Assembly: GCA_938091905.1 (NCBI GenBank)
Contig: CALKOM010000166.1
Coordinates: 1 to 26,084 of the forward strand
DNA from: an uncultured Verrucomicrobiales bacterium
GTDB taxonomy: Bacteria > Verrucomicrobiota > Verrucomicrobiia > Verrucomicrobiales > DEV007
DNA: 26,084 nt
Reading direction: 5' to 3'
Each line of letters opens with the position of its first letter. Within the stretch, counting starts at the first letter, position 1. The position numbers and the translations under genes are program-made. The notes below the pieces were generated by a model. The model saw only the letters and a program-made list of their open reading frames with translations. It did no database searches and was not told the origin of the DNA. Positions 1 to 9,569 of the stretch are shown here, piece after piece.

Positions 1-742
1 TTCGTCAACGGCCGTGTTGAGATTAAGCCGCAGGTGAAAGTGATCATACACAATAGCTGCACCCGGAATCTGATCGCCCAAGACGCTTTGGTAAGAGCCT
101 GCGCGGTCTATGCAGGCCGCCTCAATCGAAGCTTTCTGCTCTTCCGTTAGCTTCTCGAAGAACGATTCCAAGGTCGCCTTCTTCTTGCCTTCAGCCATGT
201 GCAACAGTTCGCCTGTCTCTCCATTGAGAACAAGAGTCACGTACCCATGTCCTCGTCGAACCGACTTCTCATCAATGATGATCACGCGCAAACCATCGAG
301 GTTTGGTTCCGGTAGGTCTTCTTTGAGAACGGCCATATCATATCGGCGAACGGTTGATTCTCCTAGGCTCATCATCTCAGCAACAACGGTCACAGGGGCA
401 TACTTTGTCATCTCGCTGACCCGACGCATCAGTCGCCACGTGGCATCTTTGGTGGGATGCGCTTCTTTCGGGCGAGTCGTGAAGAAGAACTGGCACTTTC
501 CGCAGCGCCCTTGAACCACGGGGTAGTTGATGTAGACGATGAGACCACTCACTACTGGAAGATCCGCCACAGATTGTCTGCCGCAGCGGTGCTTCGGAAG
601 GCGGTTGCCACAGTTTGGACACCGTGGGCCACAGCGTCCATCGAACTCAAGGTTCACTTGCGCGCCCAACTTCTGGCAGCTAATCTTGTCCACGACATAC
701 CCGTCGAAATCGTATAAGGGCTTTGATGTTCAGGACTTTCAC
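1..742 (-). pseudogene. ISL3-family DDE transposase, 3'-partial, with an apparent +1 frameshift near the N-terminus
   Basis: Open minus frame 729->1: LYDFDGYVVDKI...CPNCG...CGKC (zinc finger)...VAEMMSLGESTVRRYD (HTH-like)...IIIDEKSVRRGHGYVTLV...ACIDRAGSY...IVYDHFHL. The SD-preceded GTG at 742 (GAGGT at 754-750) is out of frame and stops at 682-680. The long frame is closed upstream by TGA at 732-730. Confidence 0.85.
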
Positions 743-820
743 AACCCAGACCTCAAGCTGATCTCGGCGGGTTTGTCACCTATTTGCTAGGATTTCATCC
801 AGCACATCTGACGGAGGGCC
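1..820 (-). mobile_element. ISL3-family insertion sequence, transposase-start end only (continues past the left window edge)
   Basis: Encodes an ISL3-type transposase. The probable terminus reads GGCCCTCCGTCAGA on the minus strand from 820 (ISL3 ends begin with GG) and abuts an AT-rich tract CTATTTTAAA (821-830), typical of ISL3 targets. The other end is not visible, so the IR and target duplication cannot be confirmed. Confidence 0.85.
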
Positions 821-1026
821 CTATTTTAAAGGGCGACATATCGCATACGCCGGACAAGACTCTTGTATTTAAGGGCCGCATTAATAGCCTATCGGCTCGC
901 AGCCGCATCGTATGGCAGCAACTCGGCGGCGAAGGGAACGATATTTGGCAGGATCTCTGGAGCGGCCGCTGGAAGGGTCAGCCAGAATCGCAGGCCATCT
1001 TCAGAACTCGCTTCTACGCCGATGCT

Positions 1027-1035
1027 CCCCCCCCC
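1027..1035. repeat. C9/G9 homopolymer at the kinase frameshift
   Basis: Minus strand reads ATG GGG GGG GG AGC ATC. G7 or G10 would restore the frame. Confidence 0.9.
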
Positions 1036-1426
1036 ATTAAATCCATCGCATGCTTACAGAAAGCTAAACTCAGCTCGAGACGATTCTGACAGTCGAGCCC
1101 CTGGCTTGCCGTAGTCCCCTGTTCGAGAGTAACATAGCTTTCATGTCAGATGCCACTGCTTGCTGCCCGCACTTCAATCGTCAGCTGATCGTCACACTGA
1201 GCCCTCAAGTGGAGAGTAGGAAGCTCCTCTTGCGGAGACTGCTCCCAAGCTGCCCGCGCTAGGTGACTTAAGATCCGCGTTAGTATTTCAGGATCTGCCT
1301 GCACGCTGCCCTGAAATTCACCCCTAACCATGGCCGCGTCGAGCTCGCCTGCCAGTTCAGACACATCACATGCCTAAAGCGTCACGAGTGCTTTAGGGTG
1401 ACTCATCTGGCGACACGCGAGGATCG

Positions 1427-1456
1427 TCTTCGCCAGGTCAATCTTCGCCAGGTCAA
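1427..1456. repeat. Perfect 15-bp tandem duplication
   Basis: TCTTCGCCAGGTCAA x2, in frame in the kinase pseudogene (DLAKI-DLAKT). Confidence 0.9.
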
Positions 1457-2234
1457 GAGCGTCATCGACGATAGCGTCCGTTCCTTCAGACAAGTGCTCG
1501 AGCGCTTGCTCCATTTCGTGAACCGCATACGTCACCCACTCATCGCGAAGCCGCTCGCGCCGCTTCGCCTTCACCAAACTAGACTCTAGGAGACGACTTT
1601 GACGCCTCAGCCTCACAAGGTTACCCACCTAAAAACGAAGACTATCAAGGTCCAAAGGAGCACACACATGATCGACCGCACCCGCTTCCATACTCTGCGT
1701 TCTAGCAATCGGCTCCGCACTTTTAGAAATCATGATAACCGGAATGACAGCAGTATCGACGTCACCATGCAGTCTCTCGCACACATGCACGCCGCTCAAG
1801 CTGGGCAAAGAGGCCGATAAGAAAACCAGATCTGGAGACAACTCGGAGGCCATTTCCAAAGCAGCCAAATCGTCCTTGGCGACGATCACCTCATGGCCCA
1901 CTTTCCGGAGCATTTCACAAAGCGCATGACCCGAGCTTGGCTCGTAATGAGCCACCAGAAGGCGTCCTTGAGAATAATCGGACTTCATAGAGAAATGGGG
2001 GGTGAAATAGCGTTTAGGTGTCAGCTCACGGCAAATCTGAATTTCTTGGAATCTTAAATATCACATCAAGCATAACTAACTCGAACCGCTCGCAAGTCAA
2101 AATCCATAATCTCAATAAATAAGCGACTGAATATAGGTGAACTGTTCCGAATCAGCCGCACAAAGATGAAAATGCGCACGCAGAATTGCGATCCTAGGGA
2201 ATACCGTCCTTGATCCGAAGGAAAAGAACACCTC

Positions 2235-2971
2235 ATGCTTGTGCCCATGAGAGGGATGATGGGTGCGCTAGTCGTGGCTTTGGGGCTTCTCATGGGCGTC
2301 TCCCATGCGCGAGAATTCACAAACCCGGAGGGTCAGAAGATGGTCGCCAAACCCGTCAGCGTTGCAGATGGGAAGGTCATTTTCCAGAAAGTGAATGGCA
2401 AGAAGGTCTCCTATGCCGTAAGCAATCTCAGCCAAGAAGATCAGGACTTCCTAAAAGAATGGGTAAAACATCGATGAACGCCGACATCGAGGTGGCCCGA
2501 GCACAAGCCGTCCAATTTGACTGCCAACGGGTGAAGACCGGCAGCGCTAGAGTGAAAGTGGAGTGCCGAGGCTATGAGGTCTTCATCAAGAAGGCTTCCC
2601 GCACGCCGGTCGCAGGCATCGCGTGCTGATACACCCTGTTCCCAAAGCTCAACGACAAGTATGCAAAAGACCGAAACACCTTGGGCGAACTCAGGCACGG
2701 CAAAGTATCTCTCAAACCCATTCCTGGCTCCTGAGAGATCAGCTTCAAAACCACGCCAATTCGCCTTGAGTCAGGCAGCTCCTCAGTGACTTCAGACAAT
2801 GTCAGGACAACCATGAAGTAGCGTGAGTTCCTCGACGGCGGAAACTTCGATTTCTATGTCGGCGAGCGTCTCATCACGAGTCACAACACCGGAGGCTACA
2901 AGTCATCCGGGACACCCGGCCCAGAAGAAGTGAAAGACGACTCTGGCAAAGATGAAGACGACGATTCGTAA
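2235..2971 (+). pseudogene. Secreted SHD1 (SLA1 homology domain 1)-like protein pseudogene
   Basis: Signal peptide (..ALGLLMGVSHA) then REFTNPEGQKMVAK..DGKVIFQKVNGKKVSYAVSNLSQEDQDFLKEW, an SHD1-like pattern. After a -1 slip at A4 (2465-2468) a protein-like frame continues through TGA 2627-2629, TGA 2732-2734 and TAG 2819-2821 to an acidic tail KDEDDDS and TAA at 2969-2971. Confidence 0.75.
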
Positions 2972-3015
2972 ACGCCGCTGAGCGACACCTCTACGCCGTT
3001 GGTGTTCATAGTCTA

Positions 3016-5283
3016 ATGCTGTCTGGCCGCATTCTTACTATTCTCTGCCTCGTGTCAGGCGTGGTGTTGGGAGATCAAGGGGCCTACTTTGAAACCCATG
3101 TGCGCCCCCTGCTCGTCGCCCATTGTTATGAATGCCATTCAGCCGAGGAAGGCTCCAAAATCAAAGGTGGCCTGCGTCTCGATCATCGTGAGGGCTGGCA
3201 AGTTGGCGGAGACTCAGGGGCCGCACTGATACCAGGAAACTCGAGGGACAGCCTACTCATCAAGGCAGTGCACTACCGCGACCCGGAATTGCAGATGCCA
3301 CCAAAGAAGAAGCTGGCAAAGGCGGACATCGCGGTCCTCGAACGCTGGATCTCTGAGGGTGCCTATGATCCTCGAGAAACGGCCAATCCGTCACCACCTC
3401 CGCCAACTGCCGAACGCGATCTCGAGACAGAGCGCGCCTTCTGGTCCTTTCAAACTCCACATTCTCCTGCGATACCCACCCCGCAAACCAAAGAATGGGC
3501 AAAAACGCCACTCGACGCCTTTCTGCTCGACCAGTGGGAACGTCGCGGGGCCTCACCCGCGCCTGAAACCTCTCAAGCATCCCTGACAAGGCGGCTGACC
3601 GACACGCTAACAGGCCTTCCTCCGGCCGCACTGGACTATCCCGAAGAAGAAGATCGGCCAGACGCCCGCGAACGGCTAACCGACCGTTTGTTAGCCTCGC
3701 CACGCTATGGCGAGCGCTGGGGTAGGCATTGGTTGGACGTGGCGCGCTACGCGGATTCCAATGGCATGGATGAGAACAAGGCGTATACAAATGCCTGGCG
3801 CTATCGCGACTATGTTATCAGCGCCTTCAATGCAGACATGCCGTTCGACCAGTTCGCGATCGAGCAATTAGCCGGCGACCTACTTCCTCAATCCGGAATG
3901 TCTCACAAAGTGGCCACGGGGTTCCTTTCCGTGGGACCAAAGATGCTCGCCTGTGATGATCCTGAGAAGATGCGTATGGATATCGTTGACGAACAGGTCG
4001 ACACGACAGGGCGTGCCTTTCTCGGCATGACGTTTGGATGCGCTCGCTGTCATGATCACAAGTTCGATCCCATGTCGATCGAGGACTACTACGGTCTTGC
4101 CGGTATCTTCAAATCGACAAAGACACTCGTAAACTACAAGGTCGTCGCCCAGTGGCATACCTATGATCTCTCCCCAGAAGACGTCAAATCGGCACACCGT
4201 GAGATCGAGAAACTGCGCAAGCAGTCTAAGAACAAGAAACTAGACGACGACGCACGCAGGAATGCCAAGGCTGCGTTGGAAACTCTTGAAGCCAAGACCG
4301 CGGCAAAGACACTCATCATGGCCGTAACGGAGGATGACGTGGCTGATGTGCCCGTGCATCTGCGCGGCAGCTACCAGACGCTAGGCAAATCCACGCCACG
4401 CCAGATTCCAGTTGTCTTTCAGAGCACGCCTGTTCCCAAACCTAACAACAAACAAAGCGGCCGAATGGAGTTGGCTCAATGGATCGCGTCTACTAACAAT
4501 CCCCTCACCGCTCGCGTCTTGGCGAATCGGTTATGGCGCTGGAACTTCGGCAAAGGCGTGGTCACCTCGACGGACAATTTCGGCAAGCTGGGAGCGGCAC
4601 CTCGCCACAAAGCTTTGTTAGACCACCTCGCTCGAGAACTCGTCTGGGGCGACTGGTCCATCAAACGGGTGCAACGCCTGCTAGTGACATCTGCACGTTA
4701 TAGCATGAGTTCCTCCGGTGGCTATGAACCATCGGAGGTCGACCCCTATGCCGTCATGCCCAGCCAACACGAACGTCAGCGTCTGAGCGCCGAGAGCTTG
4801 CGCGATGCCCTATTGGCACACGCCGACCAGTTAGACCTCTCCATGGGCGGGCAACTGCTGAAGGACAAGCCAGGAGCCTACGTGAATCGCTCAAGTCTGA
4901 ACGATTATCTAGAGAACCCTCGCCGTGCTGTCTACATGCCCATCGTACGCAGTGCGCTCTACGACGCCTTTGTCGCGTTTGACATGGCAGACCCATCAGC
5001 GCCAAATGGAGACCGGCGTGACTCCGTCGTGGCTCCACAGGCGCTCTACATGATGAACAGTGCGCTCGTCCACCAAGCCGCTGACCGCATCGCCGGGACC
5101 CGCCCGAACAGCTCAGATGCCGGCGTGATCAATCACTTCTACCGGAAGCTTCTCAATCGCCAGGCCACACCCAACGAACACCGCCAAGCAACGCTCTTTC
5201 TCGAAAGCTACGCCGAAGACGACGCCTGGTCGGCGTTTGTCCGCGTCATCCTCGCTTCAAACGAGTTTCTCTATTTGGATTAA
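3016..5283 (+). CDS. Planctomycete cytochrome c domain + DUF1549 + DUF1553 (PSD1) protein
   Basis: Signal peptide; VRPLLVAHCYECH..KGGLRLD..MPP; RYGERWGRHWLDVARYADSNG; GCARCHDHKFDP; NPLTARVLANRLW; C-terminal ASNEFLYLD. Confidence 0.93.
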   Translation: MLSGRILTILCLVSGVVLGDQGAYFETHVRPLLVAHCYECHSAEEGSKIKGGLRLDHREGWQVGGDSGAALIPGNSRDSLLIKAVHYRDPELQMPPKKKLAKADIAVLERWISEGAYDPRETANPSPPPPTAERDLETERAFWSFQTPHSPAIPTPQTKEWAKTPLDAFLLDQWERRGASPAPETSQASLTRRLTDTLTGLPPAALDYPEEEDRPDARERLTDRLLASPRYGERWGRHWLDVARYADSNGMDENKAYTNAWRYRDYVISAFNADMPFDQFAIEQLAGDLLPQSGMSHKVATGFLSVGPKMLACDDPEKMRMDIVDEQVDTTGRAFLGMTFGCARCHDHKFDPMSIEDYYGLAGIFKSTKTLVNYKVVAQWHTYDLSPEDVKSAHREIEKLRKQSKNKKLDDDARRNAKAALETLEAKTAAKTLIMAVTEDDVADVPVHLRGSYQTLGKSTPRQIPVVFQSTPVPKPNNKQSGRMELAQWIASTNNPLTARVLANRLWRWNFGKGVVTSTDNFGKLGAAPRHKALLDHLARELVWGDWSIKRVQRLLVTSARYSMSSSGGYEPSEVDPYAVMPSQHERQRLSAESLRDALLAHADQLDLSMGGQLLKDKPGAYVNRSSLNDYLENPRRAVYMPIVRSALYDAFVAFDMADPSAPNGDRRDSVVAPQALYMMNSALVHQAADRIAGTRPNSSDAGVINHFYRKLLNRQATPNEHRQATLFLESYAEDDAWSAFVRVILASNEFLYLD

Positions 5284-5286
5284 GCC

Positions 5287-6690
5287 ATGCGAAATGCCCT
5301 TTGCCATCAACGAAATCTGCCGCTGTCTCGGCGCGCCATGCTGCAACAATCTGCTGCTGGCTTCGGGGCACTCGCCTTCCACGGGTTACTCAGCCAGGCA
5401 CATGGCAGCAGCCAGCCTCTCGCACCAAAGACGTCACTCATCGCTCCCAAGGCAAAGCGCGTCATCTTCCTCTTCATGCACGGTGGTCCCTCGCAGGTGG
5501 ATCTCTTCGATCACAAACCCGAGCTCACCAAACTGGATGGTAAGCCCTTGCCTTTCGACAAGCCACGGATTGTCAGCAGCAATACCGGAAACTTGTTAGG
5601 CTCACCCTTCAGTTTCAAGCAACACGGCCAAAGTGGTGCTCATGTCAGTGAGTTGCTACCCCACATTGGAAAGATCGTCGATGATCTCTGCATTGTTCGC
5701 TCAATGCACGGCTCCAATTCCCGCCACGGCGGCGCATTGTTAGAGTTACACACAGGCTCGGATACCTTTCCTCGGCCCGCCATGGGTTCCTGGATTCAGT
5801 ATGGCCTCGGCACTGAGAATGAGAATCTACCAGGGTTTCTCACCATCAATCCTGCAATGGGTCACGGCGGCGCCAACGCTTGGTCATCCTCTTTCCTCCC
5901 CGCCCACTATCAAGGAACCCGCATCGCTCGCAACAAGGACAAGCACCTTCAAATCCCCTTCATCCAACGAGAGGAAACGGATCGCCAAGCGCAGCGCCAG
6001 GAACTCGCCTTCCTTGAGTCGATGAATCAGGCACACCTTGCTCGCGTAGGAAGTGACACCACGTTAGAGGCTCGTCTCGCTTCCTACGAACTTGCTTTCC
6101 GCATGCAGATGGAAGCACCCACGGTCCAAGACATCTCGTCAGAGACGGCCTCCACCCGCGCGCTCTACGGCTTAGATGACAAGCCGACAAGCCAGTTTGC
6201 CGAGCAATGCCTGCTTGCCCGACGGTTTTCACAAGCCGGAGTCCGGTTTGTTCAAGCGACACACAGGTATTGGGATCAGCACAGCAAGCTGAAGACCGAT
6301 CACACCCGCCTAGCGGCTGAGATGGACAAGCCCGTTGCCGGGCTCATCACGGATCTCAAGCAGCGTGGTTTGTTAGACGAAACTCTCGTTCTTTGGGGCG
6401 GCGAATTTGGCCGAACGCCGGTCGCTCAAGGCCGCGACGGCCGCGATCATAACCCGCACGGGTTCACGATGTTCATGGCAGGCGGCGGAGTGAAGCCCGG
6501 CATCCAATACGGAAACACCGATGAATTCGGCTACTATTCCGTCGAGAACCGCGTCCATTTCCACGATCTCCACGCGACCATGTTGCATTTGCTAGGCATT
6601 GATCATTTGCAACTCACCTTCAAGCATGCCGGACGCGACTTCCGCCTAACGGATGTTTATGGAAACGTCGTCCATGACATCCTAGGGTAG
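5287..6690 (+). CDS. DUF1501 protein with Tat-like signal
   Basis: LSRRAMLQ..GFG; AKRVIFLFMHGGPSQVDLFDHKP; WGGEFGRTP; GRDHNP; HDLHATMLHLLG; FRLTDVYG. Confidence 0.93.
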   Translation: MRNALCHQRNLPLSRRAMLQQSAAGFGALAFHGLLSQAHGSSQPLAPKTSLIAPKAKRVIFLFMHGGPSQVDLFDHKPELTKLDGKPLPFDKPRIVSSNTGNLLGSPFSFKQHGQSGAHVSELLPHIGKIVDDLCIVRSMHGSNSRHGGALLELHTGSDTFPRPAMGSWIQYGLGTENENLPGFLTINPAMGHGGANAWSSSFLPAHYQGTRIARNKDKHLQIPFIQREETDRQAQRQELAFLESMNQAHLARVGSDTTLEARLASYELAFRMQMEAPTVQDISSETASTRALYGLDDKPTSQFAEQCLLARRFSQAGVRFVQATHRYWDQHSKLKTDHTRLAAEMDKPVAGLITDLKQRGLLDETLVLWGGEFGRTPVAQGRDGRDHNPHGFTMFMAGGGVKPGIQYGNTDEFGYYSVENRVHFHDLHATMLHLLGIDHLQLTFKHAGRDFRLTDVYGNVVHDILG

Positions 6691-6734
6691 TATTCCGCAG
6701 CTCAACTTTCCAAAGTTGTGGCCACCTTGGCACG

Positions 6735-7433
6735 TCACTTCACGTGGTTCCTCCTAACGAATGGCAAATTCAGCAGCAGGAACGAAATCAAAGCGACCGC
6801 CTCGAGCCCTATAATGTAATAGGGCCAATCACCCAAGTGATCAATGAGCGAACCCATCGCTGGCTTCTCTCGCAAAAAGCCGTAGTTTGCCCCAGTCAGC
6901 GAATTCACAATCACCGCCACGACAAGGTAAGCCTGCAACCAGAAAATGGCACGCCACACCCCACCCGGCGCTGGCGACCGACGCAAGCCAAAGGCCACGA
7001 CAATCGCGGCGATAACCACACCGCTATGCGTGATGAAGAAGGAGAAAAAGATCGCGTGCGGAAATCCGTAGGGCAGGTTGGGGGTGATCACCGCCTGCAA
7101 GGTCGCGGCAAGCCCCCAGAAGTAGAGCAACTCGCAGAAGAGTTGGCGTTTGGTAAGCAATGCTAGGCCTCCGATAATCGCCGCCCAGTTGCACAAATGC
7201 ATGGGCAGCCCGTGTTCATGCATCGGCGCTCCCGAGAAATAGAAGGCCATGAATTTCAGAGGGAAGGATAGAAAGAGGAGCCAGGCCAGAACCTTGACGC
7301 TCCGCCTGACAACTGCGTGCCCTTCGCCATGCCGCCGCGCCAAGAAGACCAGCGCGGCCGCGATCGCTACAGTCATTCCGATGACCACAAGGTGATCGAG
7401 CCCAAAGAGCTGGAATGAAGGCGGCGGAGACAT
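6735..7433 (-). CDS. YwaF / TIGR02206-like integral membrane protein
   Basis: FQLFGLDH, LPMHLCNW, YFWGLAATLQAVITP, FFITH, NYGFLREKP, WPYY. Start moved to ATG 7433 because the longer 7604 ORF overlaps the glutaredoxin and a promoter sits directly upstream of 7433. Confidence 0.88.
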   Translation of the reverse strand: MSPPPSFQLFGLDHLVVIGMTVAIAAALVFLARRHGEGHAVVRRSVKVLAWLLFLSFPLKFMAFYFSGAPMHEHGLPMHLCNWAAIIGGLALLTKRQLFCELLYFWGLAATLQAVITPNLPYGFPHAIFFSFFITHSGVVIAAIVVAFGLRRSPAPGGVWRAIFWLQAYLVVAVIVNSLTGANYGFLREKPAMGSLIDHLGDWPYYIIGLEAVALISFLLLNLPFVRRNHVK

Positions 7434-7440
7434 TGCCAAG

Positions 7441-7469
7441 AGTGGATCAGGAACTCCAAAACCTGTCAA
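7441..7469 (-). promoter_or_regulatory. sigma70-like promoter, probably leaderless
   Basis: TTGACA (7469-7464), 17-nt spacer ending in TGa, TCCACT (7446-7441), then 7 nt to ATG 7433. Confidence 0.55.
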
Positions 7470-7511
7470 AGAATCCATGCAGCGTCCAAAGAACCATGCT
7501 TGGCTGCCAAC

Positions 7512-7772
7512 ATGATCATGGATCTCTACATCAAGCCAGGCTGCCCCTGGTGCGTCGACGCGGTGAAGTGGCTCGATGACCAGGGCCACACTTACCACAC
7601 GCATGATGTCACCTCAGACAGCGCAAAGATGGATGAAATGATCGCTCTCACCGGACAATCTCTCGCACCCTGCCTTCGGATCAGCCGCGAGGGCAGCGAA
7701 GACCTCATTCTGCCAGACTTCGGCACCGATGAATTGATCGCGTTTCTTCAGAAGCACCAGCTCAGCGCCTAG
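7512..7772 (+). CDS. Glutaredoxin-like protein
   Basis: LYIKPGCPWCVDA; TGQSLAPCL; DFGTDEL. ATG at 7512 or 7518. Confidence 0.9.
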   Translation: MIMDLYIKPGCPWCVDAVKWLDDQGHTYHTHDVTSDSAKMDEMIALTGQSLAPCLRISREGSEDLILPDFGTDELIAFLQKHQLSA

Positions 7773-7813
7773 GCCGTAGAAACGGAGGCCACTCGGCGGG
7801 GTTCCCTCTGGCC

Positions 7814-9565
7814 ATGGTCTTCCGCTGCATGCTCCTCCTCAGCTGGCTCGGCGTCCTCGCAAATGCCGAGGAACCGTTCTGGGCATTCCAAGCCCCCCAG
7901 CGACCAAGCGCGCCTGAGTCAGGCAAATCCATGCCCTCGTCTCACCGCACGGATCTCTTTCTCAATGCAGCGCTCGAGGCAAAGCAGCTCGCCCCACAAA
8001 GCGAGTCCACCGACCAAGCCTACCTCCGGCGTCTCCACCTCGTCCTCACCGGACTCCCACCGTCAGCAGAAGACCAGGCCGACTTTCTCGCCGACGATGA
8101 TCCTAACAAACGCCAACGTCTAGCCGATCGTTTGTTAGCCTCCTACGGTTTCGGTGAACGCCTAACAAGCTTCTGGTTGCCCATCGCACGCTATGCCGAA
8201 GACCAAGCACACGAAGTCGGCAATAACAAATCCCTCACCTATCCGAACGCCCACCGCTACCGCCAATGGGTCATCGACGCCTTCAATCACGACCTCCCCT
8301 ACGATCACTTCGTCCGCTATCAGTTAGCCGCCGACTTGCTCGAAGCCAACGCCCATCGCGATGCCCTCGGCTTCCTCGGTCTCGGCCCCAAGTACTACAA
8401 CCGCGGCCAACTCGAGGTGAAAGCCGACGAATGGGAAGACCGCGTAGACACCGTCACGCGCTCCTTCCTTGGACTCACCGTCGCCTGCGCACGCTGTCAC
8501 GATCACAAATACGATCCCATCTCAAAAGAAGACTACCACGCCATGGCCGGTGTCTTTGCCAGCACCGAGATGCTCAATGAACCCCTCCCCGGTCGGGAGC
8601 CCGAGAAAGACAAAGACGGCAAGACAAAGAAAGGCGCCGCCCCCGCCCACACACGGCACATCGTGAAGGAAGGAAAGGTCCAAGACCTCAACGTCTTCAT
8701 CCGCGGCGACGTGAACCGCAAAGGCGACAAGGTCCAGCGCGGCTTCCTCACCGCGCTCTCCAAAGAGAAACCCATCACCTTCAAAGAAGGCAGTGGCCGC
8801 AAGCAACTCGCCGACGCCCTCGTTCACCCTACCAATCCGCTCACAGACCGCGTCATGGTCAACCGCCTCTGGCAAGAAGTCTTCGGACGCCCGCTCGTCA
8901 GCACCCCTAGCAACTTCGGTGCCCTGGGAGAACTCCCCACCCACCCAGAACTGCTCGATGACCTCGCCGTCGAGTTCGCGCAACACCGCTCCATCAAGCA
9001 CACCGTTCGCGCGATGTTAGAATCCGCCGCATTCCAACGCGAAGCTACCGCCGGGCCAAACCTCAGCGAACACGACCCCGCCAATGAGTGGCTCGGTCGT
9101 ATGAACCGGCGCAAGCTCAGCTTCGAAATGTGGCGCGACACCCTCCTCAGCGCCTCCGGCTCGCTTGACCCACGCGGCGGGCAATCGTTAGAGATCGAAG
9201 ACGAGAACAACCAACGGCGCACCGTCTATGCACGAATTAGTCGCCTAGATCTCAATGACGTCTTAGAACAGTTCGACTACCCTGATCCTAACATCCACGC
9301 CTCGCATCGCGGAGACACCACCACGACCACGCAGAAACTCTACTTGCTCAATCACCCCTTCGTCATCGCGCAGGCCACCCTCCTCGGCCAGCAAGCCAAG
9401 GACGCCGACGACGGCATTGCCCTACTCTATCAGCGCCTCCTCTCAAGACTACCCGAAGCCCGTGAACGCCACCGCGCCCGCACCTTCCTCGATTCGAGCG
9501 AAGACCGCTGGGCCGCCCTGACTCAAGTCTTGATCTGCTCAAACGAAATGCTTTTCCTAGATTGA
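7814..9565 (+). CDS. DUF1549 + DUF1553 (PSD1) protein lacking the N-terminal cytochrome domain
   Basis: Signal peptide; FWAFQAP; LRRLHLVLTGLPP; ACARCHDHKYDP; NPLTDRVMVNRLW; PTHPELLDDLA; SNEMLFLD. Confidence 0.92.
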   Translation: MVFRCMLLLSWLGVLANAEEPFWAFQAPQRPSAPESGKSMPSSHRTDLFLNAALEAKQLAPQSESTDQAYLRRLHLVLTGLPPSAEDQADFLADDDPNKRQRLADRLLASYGFGERLTSFWLPIARYAEDQAHEVGNNKSLTYPNAHRYRQWVIDAFNHDLPYDHFVRYQLAADLLEANAHRDALGFLGLGPKYYNRGQLEVKADEWEDRVDTVTRSFLGLTVACARCHDHKYDPISKEDYHAMAGVFASTEMLNEPLPGREPEKDKDGKTKKGAAPAHTRHIVKEGKVQDLNVFIRGDVNRKGDKVQRGFLTALSKEKPITFKEGSGRKQLADALVHPTNPLTDRVMVNRLWQEVFGRPLVSTPSNFGALGELPTHPELLDDLAVEFAQHRSIKHTVRAMLESAAFQREATAGPNLSEHDPANEWLGRMNRRKLSFEMWRDTLLSASGSLDPRGGQSLEIEDENNQRRTVYARISRLDLNDVLEQFDYPDPNIHASHRGDTTTTTQKLYLLNHPFVIAQATLLGQQAKDADDGIALLYQRLLSRLPEARERHRARTFLDSSEDRWAALTQVLICSNEMLFLD

Positions 9566-9569
9566 ACTC

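Larger units (their letters stand above)
889..1988 (-). pseudogene. Degenerate hybrid receiver-histidine kinase (REC-HisKA-HATPase_c) pseudogene
   Basis: ORFs 1629-1988, 1374-1628 and 1146-1364 share one frame, broken by TAG (1631-1629), TAG (1376-1374) and TGA (1148-1146). The frame continues to LELSLAFCKHAMDLMGG. After a frameshift in G9 (1035-1027) it resumes SIGVEASSEDGLRFWLTLP... to TAG at 891-889, a typical HATPase_c C-terminus. H-box-like YAVHEME; N-box-like VQADPEILTRILSHL. Confidence 0.85.

Noticed and set aside
110..790. Plus-strand ORFs over the IS
   Set aside because: Antisense to the transposase, with no recognisable motifs.
784..1114. Plus-strand ORFs 784-1089 and 863-1114 as an IS-interrupted gene
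   Set aside because: The minus strand here encodes a recognisable HATPase_c C-terminus, so these are shadow ORFs.
889..2971. Stop-codon reassignment or pyrrolysine/selenocysteine readthrough to explain six in-frame TAG/TGA codons
   Set aside because: TAG ends mnmE (FCIGK), hisC and both DUF1501 genes, and TGA ends metF, at expected C-termini. Both broken genes also carry frameshifts.
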